A DNA stretch of 64,000 nucleotides from a virus (lineage: Duplodnaviria > Heunggongvirae > Uroviricota > Caudoviricetes): IMG/VR virus record IMGVR_UViG_3300022562_001204, positions 78,551-142,550 of that record; one strand, written 5' to 3'. Both the position numbers and the translations under genes were made by a program. This document shows, piece after piece, positions 1 to 9,272 of this stretch. How positions within the stretch are numbered: position 1 is the first letter of the stretch; every line of letters begins with the position of its first letter. The notes below the pieces were generated by a model. That model was not told the origin of the DNA. It searched no databases and saw nothing but the letters and a program-made list of their open reading frames with translations.

Positions 1-56
1 TATATACAGCCAAGACTCTGACTCTCTTCAAGGAGAGTATATCCGGTTACTGGGGG

Positions 57-521
57 TTAGGAACCGGACCCACGAGCCCTTAAGAACTCCATCATCACGG
101 TATCGTAGACCCGCTTGTTCATACGCCGTTCGTTCGGGACATCCCAGAGCTTGATCTCCGACTCCATGATAGAGTCCTTAATAGCGGTGGCCATCCCGAC
201 GGATCGGGAGATTCCCATGTCGCAGTGGATGAGGAGATCATCGATCTTTCCGTGATAGGCCAAGACGAAGGACACCACCCGGATCGCCATATGCCGATCG
301 AAGAGCACGGGTTCTTTATCGCCCCACCTGGCTTTGTACAGCCAGTCATCAGGGTCGATATCTCCAATGTCCCAGAAGTTCAGGTAGAGTGTATCGGCCC
401 AGCCGATCATCTTGATGGAGCTGGGGTAGTCGTGGTCGGGTGTGCCAATGGAGACGGCGGCTGTCTGGGTGTTTGGCTCCCAATCAACCGCTCTCTCCCG
501 CGACATGGCATGGATCAGCAT
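57..521 (-). CDS. protein-tyrosine / dual-specificity phosphatase (CX5R active-site loop HCDMGISRS)
   Basis: 154-aa ORF ending in TAA. The motif VLAYHGKIDDLLIHCDMGISRSVGMATAI matches the DUSP/PTP P-loop HCxxGxxRS. An A/T box plus SD lies upstream (533..544). Confidence 0.65.
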   Translation of the reverse strand: MLIHAMSRERAVDWEPNTQTAAVSIGTPDHDYPSSIKMIGWADTLYLNFWDIGDIDPDDWLYKARWGDKEPVLFDRHMAIRVVSFVLAYHGKIDDLLIHCDMGISRSVGMATAIKDSIMESEIKLWDVPNERRMNKRVYDTVMMEFLRARGSGS

Positions 522-532
522 CTGGTTCTATT

Positions 533-544
533 CCTTTATATATG
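533..544 (-). promoter_or_regulatory. A/T box + SD gene-start motif (CATATATAAAGGAA) before 57..521
   Basis: Plus strand reads cctttatatatg. One of 11 or more close matches to the CTCCTTTATATATG consensus. Confidence 0.4.
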
Positions 545-1087
545 TCAGGCAACAAGCGCCTGCATTTCTTCTGGACGGAGTTGTCCAGTCAGCTTCAACT
601 CGTACAGCGCAAGAAGGTCCTGGATGGAGAGCTTCTTGAGGCCAGCAAAGTCGGATTCTTCCTCGGCTGACAAATAAATGAGTGCCGCACGCTCTGGCGG
701 GAAGATGTCGGCCAACTTGGGACCCCAGACGGATTCCCGATGACTGCGCCAGCGCTGGCTACGGAAACACTCGGCAGTCCGGACAAAGGTCTGGACGAGC
801 GCCATGTCCGGGTCTTCCCAGGAGCGGGTGGTCTCATAGCGGTGGTAGCCTACCGCCTTGGGGCGGATGGTGGTCATCACCTTGGTTCCCATCTGGACGA
901 CCGTGATACCGGCGGGTAGCTCGACCATGGCCAGGCTGCGCAAGGCTTCAGAGAGGGACTCATGACGTGTTTCGGTGCCGTAGGTCTTTCTGTATCCATC
1001 GGCGGTGGGCATGTAATCCAGTTCAGTCACCTGGATGCCCCGGTAGTTTTTGACCCAACCGAACGTTTTGTCATGAGAGTCAGTCAT
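545..1087 (-). CDS. hypothetical protein (180 aa)
   Basis: Long minus-strand ORF with a TGA stop, in register with its neighbours. No motif recognised. Confidence 0.5.
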   Translation of the reverse strand: MTDSHDKTFGWVKNYRGIQVTELDYMPTADGYRKTYGTETRHESLSEALRSLAMVELPAGITVVQMGTKVMTTIRPKAVGYHRYETTRSWEDPDMALVQTFVRTAECFRSQRWRSHRESVWGPKLADIFPPERAALIYLSAEEESDFAGLKKLSIQDLLALYELKLTGQLRPEEMQALVA

Positions 1088-1184
1088 CTGCTTTCTCGCT
1101 GTGTGTGGTGAATACCAGAGGATTCATAACACTCCGAAGGGTGTCTTCGTATTGAATATGTCGTACTGAGAAACTTTATAAAGA

Positions 1185-1214
1185 CCACCAGGAGCCTCTA
1201 GAGGCTCCTGGTGG
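1185..1214. terminator. perfect 30-nt palindrome (stem-loop) downstream of gene 1235..2533
   Basis: ccaccaggagcctctagaggctcctggtgg read directly. No U-tract follows. Confidence 0.4.
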
Positions 1215-1234
1215 TCCATGCCGTGAGGCGGGTG

Positions 1235-2533
1235 TTACTCGGCGCTGGAGCCTTGAATATTGGCGATCGACATGCCGATGTACTTCGTGGCATTTGCGAA
1301 GCCAGCGTAAGTTTCGGCCGGAAGCCTCATGTAGAAGTTGTTCATGATTCGCACACTCTGAGAGAGTATGAACTTCATGGTGTTCATTTGGGACCTGGAC
1401 AACTTCTTCAAGTCCTTCGAAGTACGATTGAAGTTCTGAAGGATGGTCTTAAGGTCACCCTTATCGGCCTTGACAGAGGCGTTAGCCTTACGAATCTCGG
1501 AGATGGCCGAGAGAAGTTCCTTGGCCAACGGAGCGATTTCGTTGGGTTTCAGAGCCGTCGCCGTCACCACCTGCTTCCGTGAATTACTGGGTCTGATCCA
1601 GGTAACGATAAACGGAATACCGTAAATCGAAGCGGGAATGGCGGATTTCGACAGAACGATACCACCGATCAGAGGACCCCGAGCCTCGTGGGTGGTTGAC
1701 TGAACCGAAGCGGTAGCTTTCGGAATGCCGTTGAAAAGCTTTTCTTCAACAGAGGTAAAGGTTTTGGCGGCTTTGGTCGCGTCGTCTTTCTCCATCGAGC
1801 TCTTCTGAAAGCCTTCGATTGCCGAAACAAGAGACTCTTTGGACGCGCTGACGAGTTTCACGGAGGAGACCGTGCGTTCGATCAGTTCGCTCAACGTTTT
1901 GGCGTTGGCCTGGGTTCCGTCACCGATCGCCCGGGCGATGGCCTTCGATTTGAACTCCGTGGCCTTCATCTCGCCTTTCAGCGACTTGGCCTGGGCTGAG
2001 TACTGCGTCAGCTTCTGCTCGAGATCGACATACTTGGAGTCGAGAGAAGCGAACAACTTGACGAAGGCGTCGCCAATCGCCGCCAGTTTCTTGAAGACAT
2101 TGCCGAGGATCGATTCGGAGGTCTTCTCGACACCGTCTTCCAAGGCCAGCTTGGTGGCGGCCAAACGCGACCGGGGGGACTGGAACGATTCCATACTCGG
2201 CAGGGACTTCCGGAGTTTGGTCGGCATGCCAAGACGATCACGGATCGACTCAATGGCCGTCTCAACCATTTCGGCAGCCTGGGGATCCAGACCTTCACCA
2301 GAATCGATTGCCGGCTGAATGGCCTCTTCGAGGTTTTCCAGAGTGGCCAGTGCTTCGAGACCGACCTCCACACCGGCCATGTTGTCGCTGGCGACAACGG
2401 CATAGCCGTCCATCTCGGCCATGGCGTCATCCAGTTCCGAGTGGGACGACAGGACGTCATCCTGGGCTGCGTCACCTGGGTTGAGTTCTTCCAGATCTGC
2501 GTCTTCGAGTGAAAAGAAAGTATTCTTCGACAT
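1235..2533 (-). CDS. acidic coiled-coil protein, paralog 1 of 3 (family with 2671..4044 and 4058..5257)
   Basis: The ORF track runs to 2635. The probable start is the ATG at 2533 (MSKNTFF), preceded by a GAGG SD. It shares the motif block E(T)AIESIRDRLG with the two plus-strand paralogs. TAA stop. Confidence 0.55.
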   Translation of the reverse strand: MSKNTFFSLEDADLEELNPGDAAQDDVLSSHSELDDAMAEMDGYAVVASDNMAGVEVGLEALATLENLEEAIQPAIDSGEGLDPQAAEMVETAIESIRDRLGMPTKLRKSLPSMESFQSPRSRLAATKLALEDGVEKTSESILGNVFKKLAAIGDAFVKLFASLDSKYVDLEQKLTQYSAQAKSLKGEMKATEFKSKAIARAIGDGTQANAKTLSELIERTVSSVKLVSASKESLVSAIEGFQKSSMEKDDATKAAKTFTSVEEKLFNGIPKATASVQSTTHEARGPLIGGIVLSKSAIPASIYGIPFIVTWIRPSNSRKQVVTATALKPNEIAPLAKELLSAISEIRKANASVKADKGDLKTILQNFNRTSKDLKKLSRSQMNTMKFILSQSVRIMNNFYMRLPAETYAGFANATKYIGMSIANIQGSSAE

Positions 2534-2670
2534 AGCGGCCTCTATGAGGATTGGAGATGAGAAATTCGATGGCGCAGAGCTGCACTCAAAAGATAGTAAG
2601 GTATACTGGTTTAGATATTCTCTGGTAACCAACAACCTGTGTCCACCCTTCCTATAAGGAACTAAAACGT

Positions 2671-4044
2671 ATGAAGCCCTATTTTTCGATGGAAGAGATC
2701 AGTGAAGACCTGGATGTCCTGGACGGTGTGGATCAGGGTAGCTTGGAAAACAACATCCCGATCGATGATGCAGTGCAGGCCGTCGAGTCCATCGAGGAAG
2801 GACTCGGAGTCAACGACGAACTGCTCAAGACCCTGGATGTGATTCAAGGGGCTCCTGAGATCACCGTGGAAACCGCCAGGCTGGTGGACCTCCAACTTCA
2901 GTCCATCCGGAACCGCCTGGGTGCCACTGCTCGCCGTATCCCGGGCGTATCGGTCGAATCCTACAGCAGCAAGAAGGACCTGAAAGTCGCCACCGAAGCC
3001 GGTATTCTCAACACCCTTCAGACAGTTGTTGAGCGCATCATCGAGTGGATCAAGGAATTTATCGCCAAAATTGGTGACTTCTTCTTTGGTTTCGAGAAGC
3101 GCCTCAAGGATGCCCGTGCTCGAATTGACAAACTCAAGATGTCGTTGAACTCTGTCGGTCACAATGCCCCTGTCGACACCGAGAAGTTCACCCCGGCCGA
3201 CCTTGTCAAGAAGACCTTTTATTACCGTACCGCTGTGGACGGTGGATCTATCTTGAATGACCTGAACGCTGGCGGTGCGTACATGGCGAGGGCTCACGAA
3301 GCCCTTGGGTATGTTCGTGAGGTCAAAACACACGCCGCCGCTTTCAAAGACCAAGATAGTGCGGGTCTTATGAAGATCCAAATGGGGGTCAGAAAGCTCA
3401 TCAAGCTTCTCATTGAAGACGAGTCCCTCGTAGCAAGGACGGGTATCAACATTGGGCTTAACCGAACCGATATGCAGATATACGGCCCGGTGGTCTCGAC
3501 ACACTTCTTCATTGTTTCTCAGACGACTGTCAGATTTCTATCGAGTAAAACCGATGTTCTTGACAGTGATAAAAATATCCCGACGGTGCTAGATTTTCGG
3601 CTATTCAACACCGGGGTGCAGAAGCAAGCATATGAGCAAGCGACCGTCAAACCTCTGATCCCATCGAATCTTTCGACATATGCCGATCACCTTGATGATG
3701 TTGTCAAGTCTTATGAACGGCAAACACAGTCCGTCAAAGATCTTCGAAAAGAACTTTCTGATATTCAGTTGACCCTGTCAAAGGAACTTCGTAATGGGTC
3801 CACGCAGAGTGACGACGAAATTAGCATCGATCAGCGTAAGTTCCTTATCAAAGATATTCAGATCTTGCTTAAGGGCCTGATCGGTGGTATTCGGGTCTTG
3901 GTTGTGGACACCCCGATAGCCCTCCTGAAAGCACTCCATGCTGCCATTCTCTATGGTGAAGCAAATGCTATTGCAGTCGGCGCAAAGGTTCACTTCGCCC
4001 CAGAAGGCGGCGGTACCCATGCACTGACGTACAACCCAGCCTAA
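2671..4044 (+). CDS. acidic coiled-coil protein, paralog 2 of 3
   Basis: 457 aa with AAGGAA before the ATG and a TAA stop. Carries the conserved ETARLVDLQLQSIRNRLG block shared with 1235..2533 and 4058..5257. Confidence 0.6.
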   Translation: MKPYFSMEEISEDLDVLDGVDQGSLENNIPIDDAVQAVESIEEGLGVNDELLKTLDVIQGAPEITVETARLVDLQLQSIRNRLGATARRIPGVSVESYSSKKDLKVATEAGILNTLQTVVERIIEWIKEFIAKIGDFFFGFEKRLKDARARIDKLKMSLNSVGHNAPVDTEKFTPADLVKKTFYYRTAVDGGSILNDLNAGGAYMARAHEALGYVREVKTHAAAFKDQDSAGLMKIQMGVRKLIKLLIEDESLVARTGINIGLNRTDMQIYGPVVSTHFFIVSQTTVRFLSSKTDVLDSDKNIPTVLDFRLFNTGVQKQAYEQATVKPLIPSNLSTYADHLDDVVKSYERQTQSVKDLRKELSDIQLTLSKELRNGSTQSDDEISIDQRKFLIKDIQILLKGLIGGIRVLVVDTPIALLKALHAAILYGEANAIAVGAKVHFAPEGGGTHALTYNPA

Positions 4045-4057
4045 CTCAGGAATCTCC

Positions 4058-5257
4058 ATGCTGAAAATCACGGTCGAGGGGGAGGAAATCCCCCTCCCGT
4101 CGATTGACCTCGAGGCTTACAGTGAGGTCCTGCTTCGTGCCGCTCAGCATGAGGAGGACTACGGTAACCTGGTCAATGACGGACTTGACGCCTACGCCAA
4201 CCTCGCGAATGCCCGTGAACACCTCACGGGCTTCAAACAAGCCCCGATCCCCCTGGCGACTCGTGGGCTGATCAACGTCATCATGGAGTCCACCCGACTC
4301 CAACTCGACGGAGAACCCGGCACATTCAGGGGTATCTCCCTCGAGTCTGATGAGGACGTCCTCCCACAGGTCGCCATCGAGGCCTTCACGGACACGATCA
4401 AGAAGATCATCGAGCGACTGATCAAGCTGATCAAGAAGATCTACCAGTCCTACGAGCGTATCCATCATGCCCTAGGCCGGGAGTACGCCCATAACCAGGA
4501 CAAGGTCAGGGATCTCCAGCATTACCTGGAAACTGCGGATGTCCTGGAACGTCCGGAATCCGGTACCGTGGAAGCTGTGGCTGTCAAGTCGTACTTTGGT
4601 TCTACGGACAAAGTGAATGCTCAGCATGTCCTGAAGGTCCTCAGGACCTCCCAGACCCTGGTCACCAACCTCTCCATCGGTTCGGATGCTTTCAGCGGTA
4701 TCATTGACAGCATGAAAACCGGGAAGGGTGAGGACTTCTCTGGGATCCGCACGAACTTGGAGAAAACCATGAGTGTCATGCTCAAGGGTCTCCCCAAGTA
4801 CAGTGAGGATGGCTACGGTCCGTTTGTGAGCTGCCGTGAACTCAAGGTCATCGAGAAGAACATCCCGCCCATGGGCCGGATTGAGACCCTGGAGTTCGTG
4901 CCGATCCTTGTCAAGGATCGGACAACGGTCGCCAGCATGAGCCGGGCAGAGGTCTATACGTTCCTGTCGTCCCTGTCGTCAGCCATGACAGATGCGGAGA
5001 AGTACTCCCTGGAGATGGGCAAGGCCAGGAGTCAGTTGAAGACCATCGAGGCTTTCCTTACGGAGACCAACCGTACGTTGCATCGAAACCAAGATGACAC
5101 GAAGGCCGACTACCTGAAAGCTTGTGCCGAGATCACTCGGCTCTTGGTTCGAGTAATGGACCGTAGCATGAATGATCTCCCAGTCACCCTGGAACGAGGG
5201 TACAAGACGGCGATCGCCTATGCCGTGGTCTGTGTCAAGGAACTGAAAAAGAAGTAA
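4058..5257 (+). CDS. acidic coiled-coil protein, paralog 3 of 3
   Basis: 399 aa with a TAA stop. Shares the MESTRLQLDG block and the overall N-terminal acidic layout. Confidence 0.6.
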   Translation: MLKITVEGEEIPLPSIDLEAYSEVLLRAAQHEEDYGNLVNDGLDAYANLANAREHLTGFKQAPIPLATRGLINVIMESTRLQLDGEPGTFRGISLESDEDVLPQVAIEAFTDTIKKIIERLIKLIKKIYQSYERIHHALGREYAHNQDKVRDLQHYLETADVLERPESGTVEAVAVKSYFGSTDKVNAQHVLKVLRTSQTLVTNLSIGSDAFSGIIDSMKTGKGEDFSGIRTNLEKTMSVMLKGLPKYSEDGYGPFVSCRELKVIEKNIPPMGRIETLEFVPILVKDRTTVASMSRAEVYTFLSSLSSAMTDAEKYSLEMGKARSQLKTIEAFLTETNRTLHRNQDDTKADYLKACAEITRLLVRVMDRSMNDLPVTLERGYKTAIAYAVVCVKELKKK

Positions 5258-5262
5258 AGACC

Positions 5263-5297
5263 CCTCCCCTACCCCGGATAGTCCGGGGTAGGGGAGG
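5263..5297. terminator. bidirectional stem-loop between convergent genes
   Basis: cctcccctaccccgga-tag-tccggggtaggggagg: a 16-bp perfect stem between the stop at 5257 (+) and the stop at 5305 (-). Confidence 0.5.
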
Positions 5298-5304
5298 TAT
5301 GTCG

Positions 5305-6225
5305 TCACACTGAGATCATCTTCCGATAGAGCTCTTCATGGTGAAGGTAAGCCTGATCCGTCACATCCAGCAGAAGCTGGCTATACGGGTAGACCCTCAG
5401 GAATGCCTCACAGCTACTCAGGGGTTTGTCGAAACTCGCCCCGTCCACTGTGAAGTAGGCGTCCTTGTGGATCATGGCCGTCACCCGTTCACCTGAAACA
5501 ATGTCGGTCATGTAGTATCGCGTCATGAGGGGATCCGAGGTATTCTCTCCTTTAATAGAGAGGATCAGTCGAGTCCCTATTGACACATAGAACCGGATCT
5601 TCCCAGCTTCAGGACGATCAATGACGACCGAAAGCCGGGTCTCGTCCGGGGACAGAAGCTCGGCCAGCCTCACCACCTGGAACTGCTCGTTGTAGGTCAC
5701 CAGCATGTCCTGATCAACGAGAGCGTCCAGATCCGACAACTTGAACAACGTCGGCCAGATCAGACGGTCCGTCAGCCAGGCAGATCCTTTCAGAACTCGA
5801 CTGGCTTCATGGGCAGGTGCGTCTATGCGGAACGACTTCGGAGTGATGCCCACGACCGCCGAGGGATCCACCACGATTCCCGATGGGAGGTTGATGGGCT
5901 GGGCTTCCCTGGGCTGAAGCAGTAGCTTGATACCCATTTTCCTGGCTTGATCGCAGGTGGCCTCGATCTGGTTGATCGTCTGCTCCCACTCTCCCCAGGT
6001 CGGACAGATACTGACCTCCCGGGTCTTGACCCGGACATGGACGTCCTGCGTGTTGTACTCGTCCACGTGGTCCTGCTGCTTCGGGATGCCGGTCAAGCGG
6101 CTCCTTTTCTTCAGCTCCTCCAGGGATGTCGTCGGTCTGGATCTCACAGATACCGTGTAGACCCAGTCATCATCTCCGAGCTGATGCCGGACATGCCGAT
6201 CCTTGGCACGTGAATACTGCAACAT
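5305..6225 (-). CDS. hypothetical protein (306 aa)
   Basis: Long ORF with AGGAG 7 nt before the ATG at 6225 and a TGA stop. Confidence 0.55.
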   Translation of the reverse strand: MLQYSRAKDRHVRHQLGDDDWVYTVSVRSRPTTSLEELKKRSRLTGIPKQQDHVDEYNTQDVHVRVKTREVSICPTWGEWEQTINQIEATCDQARKMGIKLLLQPREAQPINLPSGIVVDPSAVVGITPKSFRIDAPAHEASRVLKGSAWLTDRLIWPTLFKLSDLDALVDQDMLVTYNEQFQVVRLAELLSPDETRLSVVIDRPEAGKIRFYVSIGTRLILSIKGENTSDPLMTRYYMTDIVSGERVTAMIHKDAYFTVDGASFDKPLSSCEAFLRVYPYSQLLLDVTDQAYLHHEELYRKMISV

Positions 6226-6282
6226 AGGGTTCTCCTGTTGGGTGGATTAATCACATCCTTGACGCCTGCACCGGGTGATGTG

Positions 6283-7149
6283 CTACATCTGTACAACAAA
6301 AGCTCGGAATATCTCTTCATAGCCTCGGCTCTCTGGGTCCAGACGTGTCTTGCTGTAGGTCCAGTAGTCCCGCAGGAAGATCGAGATGTTCTTGAAAAGC
6401 GATGCATCCGCCCAGTCTCCCGACAGCTCGTATGTCTTCGCGTCCATGTACGTGAGGAGACTGGAGGACGGATCCGAGTTATATTCGATCCGGAGATGGT
6501 AACCCACCAGCTCGCGATGGGTATACTCGCAGACCATCCTCGTCACAAACCTTCGTGTGTTCGACCACTTCTCCCCGACGGAGATCTTGAGATACTCTAG
6601 CTGCCCGGAGGGAGCGTAGTGAAAGGTGATAGTAGACAGCTTATCCTCGATTGAAACGAGACGACCATCCTCGATCCGGACATTGCCGCTCATGATAGCC
6701 GTACCCATGGCTTCGTCAGTGTCGCTAGCCATTATCGCCGGGATGCTGTGCGGGCACTGGAGGTTAGTGAGGTCTTTTCCATCGAAGTGCATCAGGGACT
6801 TCGTACGGAACCCACACTCTGGGTCGAGTAAGGACCAGTCCCCGATGCCACTGACCCCTGAGAAGGTATCTAACAGCAGGATCTCGGTTTCATGAGCCCG
6901 TCCCGTCCCTGAATACAGACCATACCCCATGTCCAGCAGACGCTCGGCAGTGTTCTCGGGGTTTCTCAGTCGATAAGCTGCCAGACCCTCGGGGTCGAGA
7001 GGGGCGGCTTCCCGACCGGTACAGTCATACAACACGCAGAACTTGGTGTTTGCCCGGGGGCGTCGGCAACCGAGGAATGCTTTGTACCCACCGTCCAGCT
7101 TGATGGCCGGCGACCCTACCCAGAAGTACCCTGACTTTACAGCACTCAT
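6283..7149 (-). CDS. hypothetical protein, tandem paralog of 7146..8060
   Basis: The ORF track runs to 7179. The likely start is the ATG at 7149 (MSAVKS), overlapping the upstream stop as ATGA. It shares GYFW..KLDGGYKAFLG and KFCV blocks with its neighbour. It ends in TAG (6283..6285). Confidence 0.5.
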   Translation of the reverse strand: MSAVKSGYFWVGSPAIKLDGGYKAFLGCRRPRANTKFCVLYDCTGREAAPLDPEGLAAYRLRNPENTAERLLDMGYGLYSGTGRAHETEILLLDTFSGVSGIGDWSLLDPECGFRTKSLMHFDGKDLTNLQCPHSIPAIMASDTDEAMGTAIMSGNVRIEDGRLVSIEDKLSTITFHYAPSGQLEYLKISVGEKWSNTRRFVTRMVCEYTHRELVGYHLRIEYNSDPSSSLLTYMDAKTYELSGDWADASLFKNISIFLRDYWTYSKTRLDPESRGYEEIFRAFVVQM

Positions 7150-8060
7150 AAAACGACTCCCTGAGATGAATTGACGCAATACGCTATGCCACTCCGCTGA
7201 GCAACCAGTTTCCGAAGTCGATCAAACTCCTCGTGTTCCGGGTTACCTTTCGGAACTGCCGTCTTTCCGAACTCCCAGATCTTGGTGAAGTAGAGAACCA
7301 GCAACTTGAGAGCATCCGAGGCTGTTTCATCGAGGTCGGTGGTCATGGTTGAAAGATCTACCGTCGCGGCACTGACGTTCATCCTCGCGATACCTTGGTA
7401 TAACCCGTGGTTCCCGAGATCGTTCGCGTATAACACCACCTTGGTCGGAGTCATGAACTCGTTATAAATCAAATCCCCATGGCCACTCATCCAGCCCGGG
7501 ACACTGAAATAAAGCTGTGATAGATAGAGACTGTTCTGGTAGTTAAAATGGATGGTGACTCCATCGGTTACAGTTTCTACGACAACGTTGTGTTTGTTCA
7601 GTCGCAGTTTACCATCCAGACACGCCTGGGTGAAATCCACGTCATCCCGGAAGAGAGACCCGCCTTCGATTTCTCCGGAGATTTCGACCATGTAGTTAAG
7701 AACGGCGAGTTCTGGGGCTTCATGACCGACGTAGACCAATTCTTCTCGTTTTTCGATGAAATAATAGGCCTTCTGGGGAGTTCCGCCAAAGTCATATCCA
7801 TCGTACCCCATTTTCTCCATGGCGATCAAGGTGGCCCTCAGATCCTTGGTACGTTCCTTGATGACCGCGTCTACAACGTCCACGCAGAACCTTTTCTCGT
7901 CCTTTTCGAACACCAGGGCGATGTTGCATTCTTCCGTTTGGATGAAAGAACCCTCGACTGCCAGCTTGTGCCCATCTCCAACCACGTAGGTGGTCGGATT
8001 CTTCTTGATCCAGAAGAACCCCTTCGTGCCGTGGTATGTATCCTGGCCTAGTTTGTACAC
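7146..8060 (-). CDS. hypothetical protein, tandem paralog of 6283..7149
   Basis: 304 aa with a GTG start after a TTTTTTAAAGGAAA box and a TGA stop. Confidence 0.5.
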   Translation of the reverse strand: MYKLGQDTYHGTKGFFWIKKNPTTYVVGDGHKLAVEGSFIQTEECNIALVFEKDEKRFCVDVVDAVIKERTKDLRATLIAMEKMGYDGYDFGGTPQKAYYFIEKREELVYVGHEAPELAVLNYMVEISGEIEGGSLFRDDVDFTQACLDGKLRLNKHNVVVETVTDGVTIHFNYQNSLYLSQLYFSVPGWMSGHGDLIYNEFMTPTKVVLYANDLGNHGLYQGIARMNVSAATVDLSTMTTDLDETASDALKLLVLYFTKIWEFGKTAVPKGNPEHEEFDRLRKLVAQRSGIAYCVNSSQGVVL

Positions 8061-8093
8061 AGTGAGTTTCCTTTAAAAAAGAGATAGCGATGA

Positions 8094-8124
8094 CTCTACA
8101 GAGACGTGTCCGGTCTCTGTAGAG
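8094..8124. terminator. stem-loop ctctacagagac/gtctctgtagag
   Basis: 12-bp perfect inverted repeat in the gap between 8060 and 8144. Confidence 0.35.
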
Positions 8125-8143
8125 TATATGCTGCCATGTTTCT

Positions 8144-8656
8144 TTACAGAAGCCTGGGGTTGCGCAGGACCCGTCTCAGGGCGTCGGTATACCGAACCTT
8201 GACTTTCTTCTGCCGGACTTCTTCCAGGGTTGCCCAGGATAAGGCCTCGGTTTCCGGGTCTTTGAAGATCAGCACCTGGTCGCCTCGGTTCAGCCGACTG
8301 CCCAGTCTGTTCCCCACGTAGAGGGACTGGACGTGGTGATCGATGCGGGTCACGTGGTCTTCCATCGATGCGAAGTTCGTGTATATCGACACATCGACGG
8401 ATCCTCCAGGAATGATATTCCCAACCAGGACCACCCCGAGGTAATGAAACGTCGGTAGCTTGGTGATGTCCACCCGGACTTCGGTCGCAACATTCATGAG
8501 GATGTAACCACCCAGCACGCAGATCAGTGCACCTAGGCTTTTCAACCCGATGCCGTCCAGTAGCCACATCGAAAGCCCGCCAATGCAGAGCATGACGTAG
8601 CCCACATAACCCGTCAGCCACGTGTCGGACGGATCTTCATCTTCGTACATCTTCAT
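8144..8656 (-). CDS. membrane protein with C-terminal soluble domain
   Basis: 170 aa with two hydrophobic helices near the N-terminus and a TAA stop. The start is likely the second ATG (MYEDED), 6 nt after the GGAG. Its C-terminal GDQVLIFKD block resembles GDRVLVFQA in 8662..9216. Confidence 0.5.
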   Translation of the reverse strand: MKMYEDEDPSDTWLTGYVGYVMLCIGGLSMWLLDGIGLKSLGALICVLGGYILMNVATEVRVDITKLPTFHYLGVVLVGNIIPGGSVDVSIYTNFASMEDHVTRIDHHVQSLYVGNRLGSRLNRGDQVLIFKDPETEALSWATLEEVRQKKVKVRYTDALRRVLRNPRLL

Positions 8657-8661
8657 CTCCT

Positions 8662-9216
8662 TTAGAGACCTCGCGCTTTTCTCAGTCCTGGAATTACGCA
8701 GACAGTTGTCAATTGCGGAGTCGTCTGTACCCTGACAACTCCAGAAAGAATCGCTCGATGGGACGCCCAGTAGTAAATCCCAGAGGACGCCTGGAACACC
8801 AAAACCCTGTCACCTGCAAAGGCCTCTTCCTTGAAGCTACCGTTACCGCTGCCGAGTTCATCGCTGCGAACCAGAGACCTCAAGAGCTCGGACGGATAGG
8901 CTGGGAGATCTGCGATATCCACATCTGACCGACATGGGGCAATCCGGACCACGCTACTTTGGGCGGTGGTGCCCTCGATAACCAGGCCTTCGTAGAGGAA
9001 TACCGGAAGTTCGTTCAGGTACTCCTTCCATCGTTGCCATGTCCGGTACTCGACCAAGAAACGTTCCCGAGTCACACCTCCCAGAAAGCCGAACCCTATC
9101 AACCAAATCGGCCAGAGGCTCGGTAAAGCGAACGCCATGCCGGCAACAGCCGTCAGCATGACAGCAATCATGAACCAACCGAACCAGTTCAGCTCCGGTT
9201 TTTCCATCTGTAGCAT
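8662..9216 (-). CDS. membrane protein, distant paralog of 8144..8656
   Basis: The ORF track extends to 9516. The chosen start is the ATG at 9216 (MLQMEKPELNWFGWFMIAV), 6 nt after AAGGAGTGGGAG and directly downstream of the 9239..9262 hairpin. TAA stop. Confidence 0.5.
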   Translation of the reverse strand: MLQMEKPELNWFGWFMIAVMLTAVAGMAFALPSLWPIWLIGFGFLGGVTRERFLVEYRTWQRWKEYLNELPVFLYEGLVIEGTTAQSSVVRIAPCRSDVDIADLPAYPSELLRSLVRSDELGSGNGSFKEEAFAGDRVLVFQASSGIYYWASHRAILSGVVRVQTTPQLTTVCVIPGLRKARGL

Positions 9217-9223
9217 CTCCCAC

Positions 9224-9237
9224 TCCTTTATATATGC
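9224..9237 (-). promoter_or_regulatory. CATATATAAAGGAG gene-start motif before 8662..9216
   Basis: Exact ctcctttatatatg on the plus strand, 3' of the hairpin at 9239..9262. Confidence 0.4.
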
Positions 9238-9238
9238 C

Positions 9239-9262
9239 AGAGCCTGGGAGATCCCAGGCTCT
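9239..9262. terminator. stem-loop agagcctggg-agat-cccaggctct
   Basis: Perfect 10-bp inverted repeat sitting between the stop at 9273 and the A/T box plus SD at 9224..9237. Confidence 0.4.
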
Positions 9263-9272
9263 GTATGCCGAC

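Noticed and set aside
225-677. Plus-strand ORF of 150 aa overlapping the phosphatase gene
   Set aside because: It is antisense to a well-supported minus-strand gene. It has no SD, and its His/Pro/Gly-rich composition is typical of GC-rich shadow ORFs.
8073-8621. 182-aa minus-strand ORF overlapping 8144..8656 in another frame
   Set aside because: Arg/Pro/Gly-rich low-complexity translation. The alternative frame gives a clean membrane protein with a proper SD.
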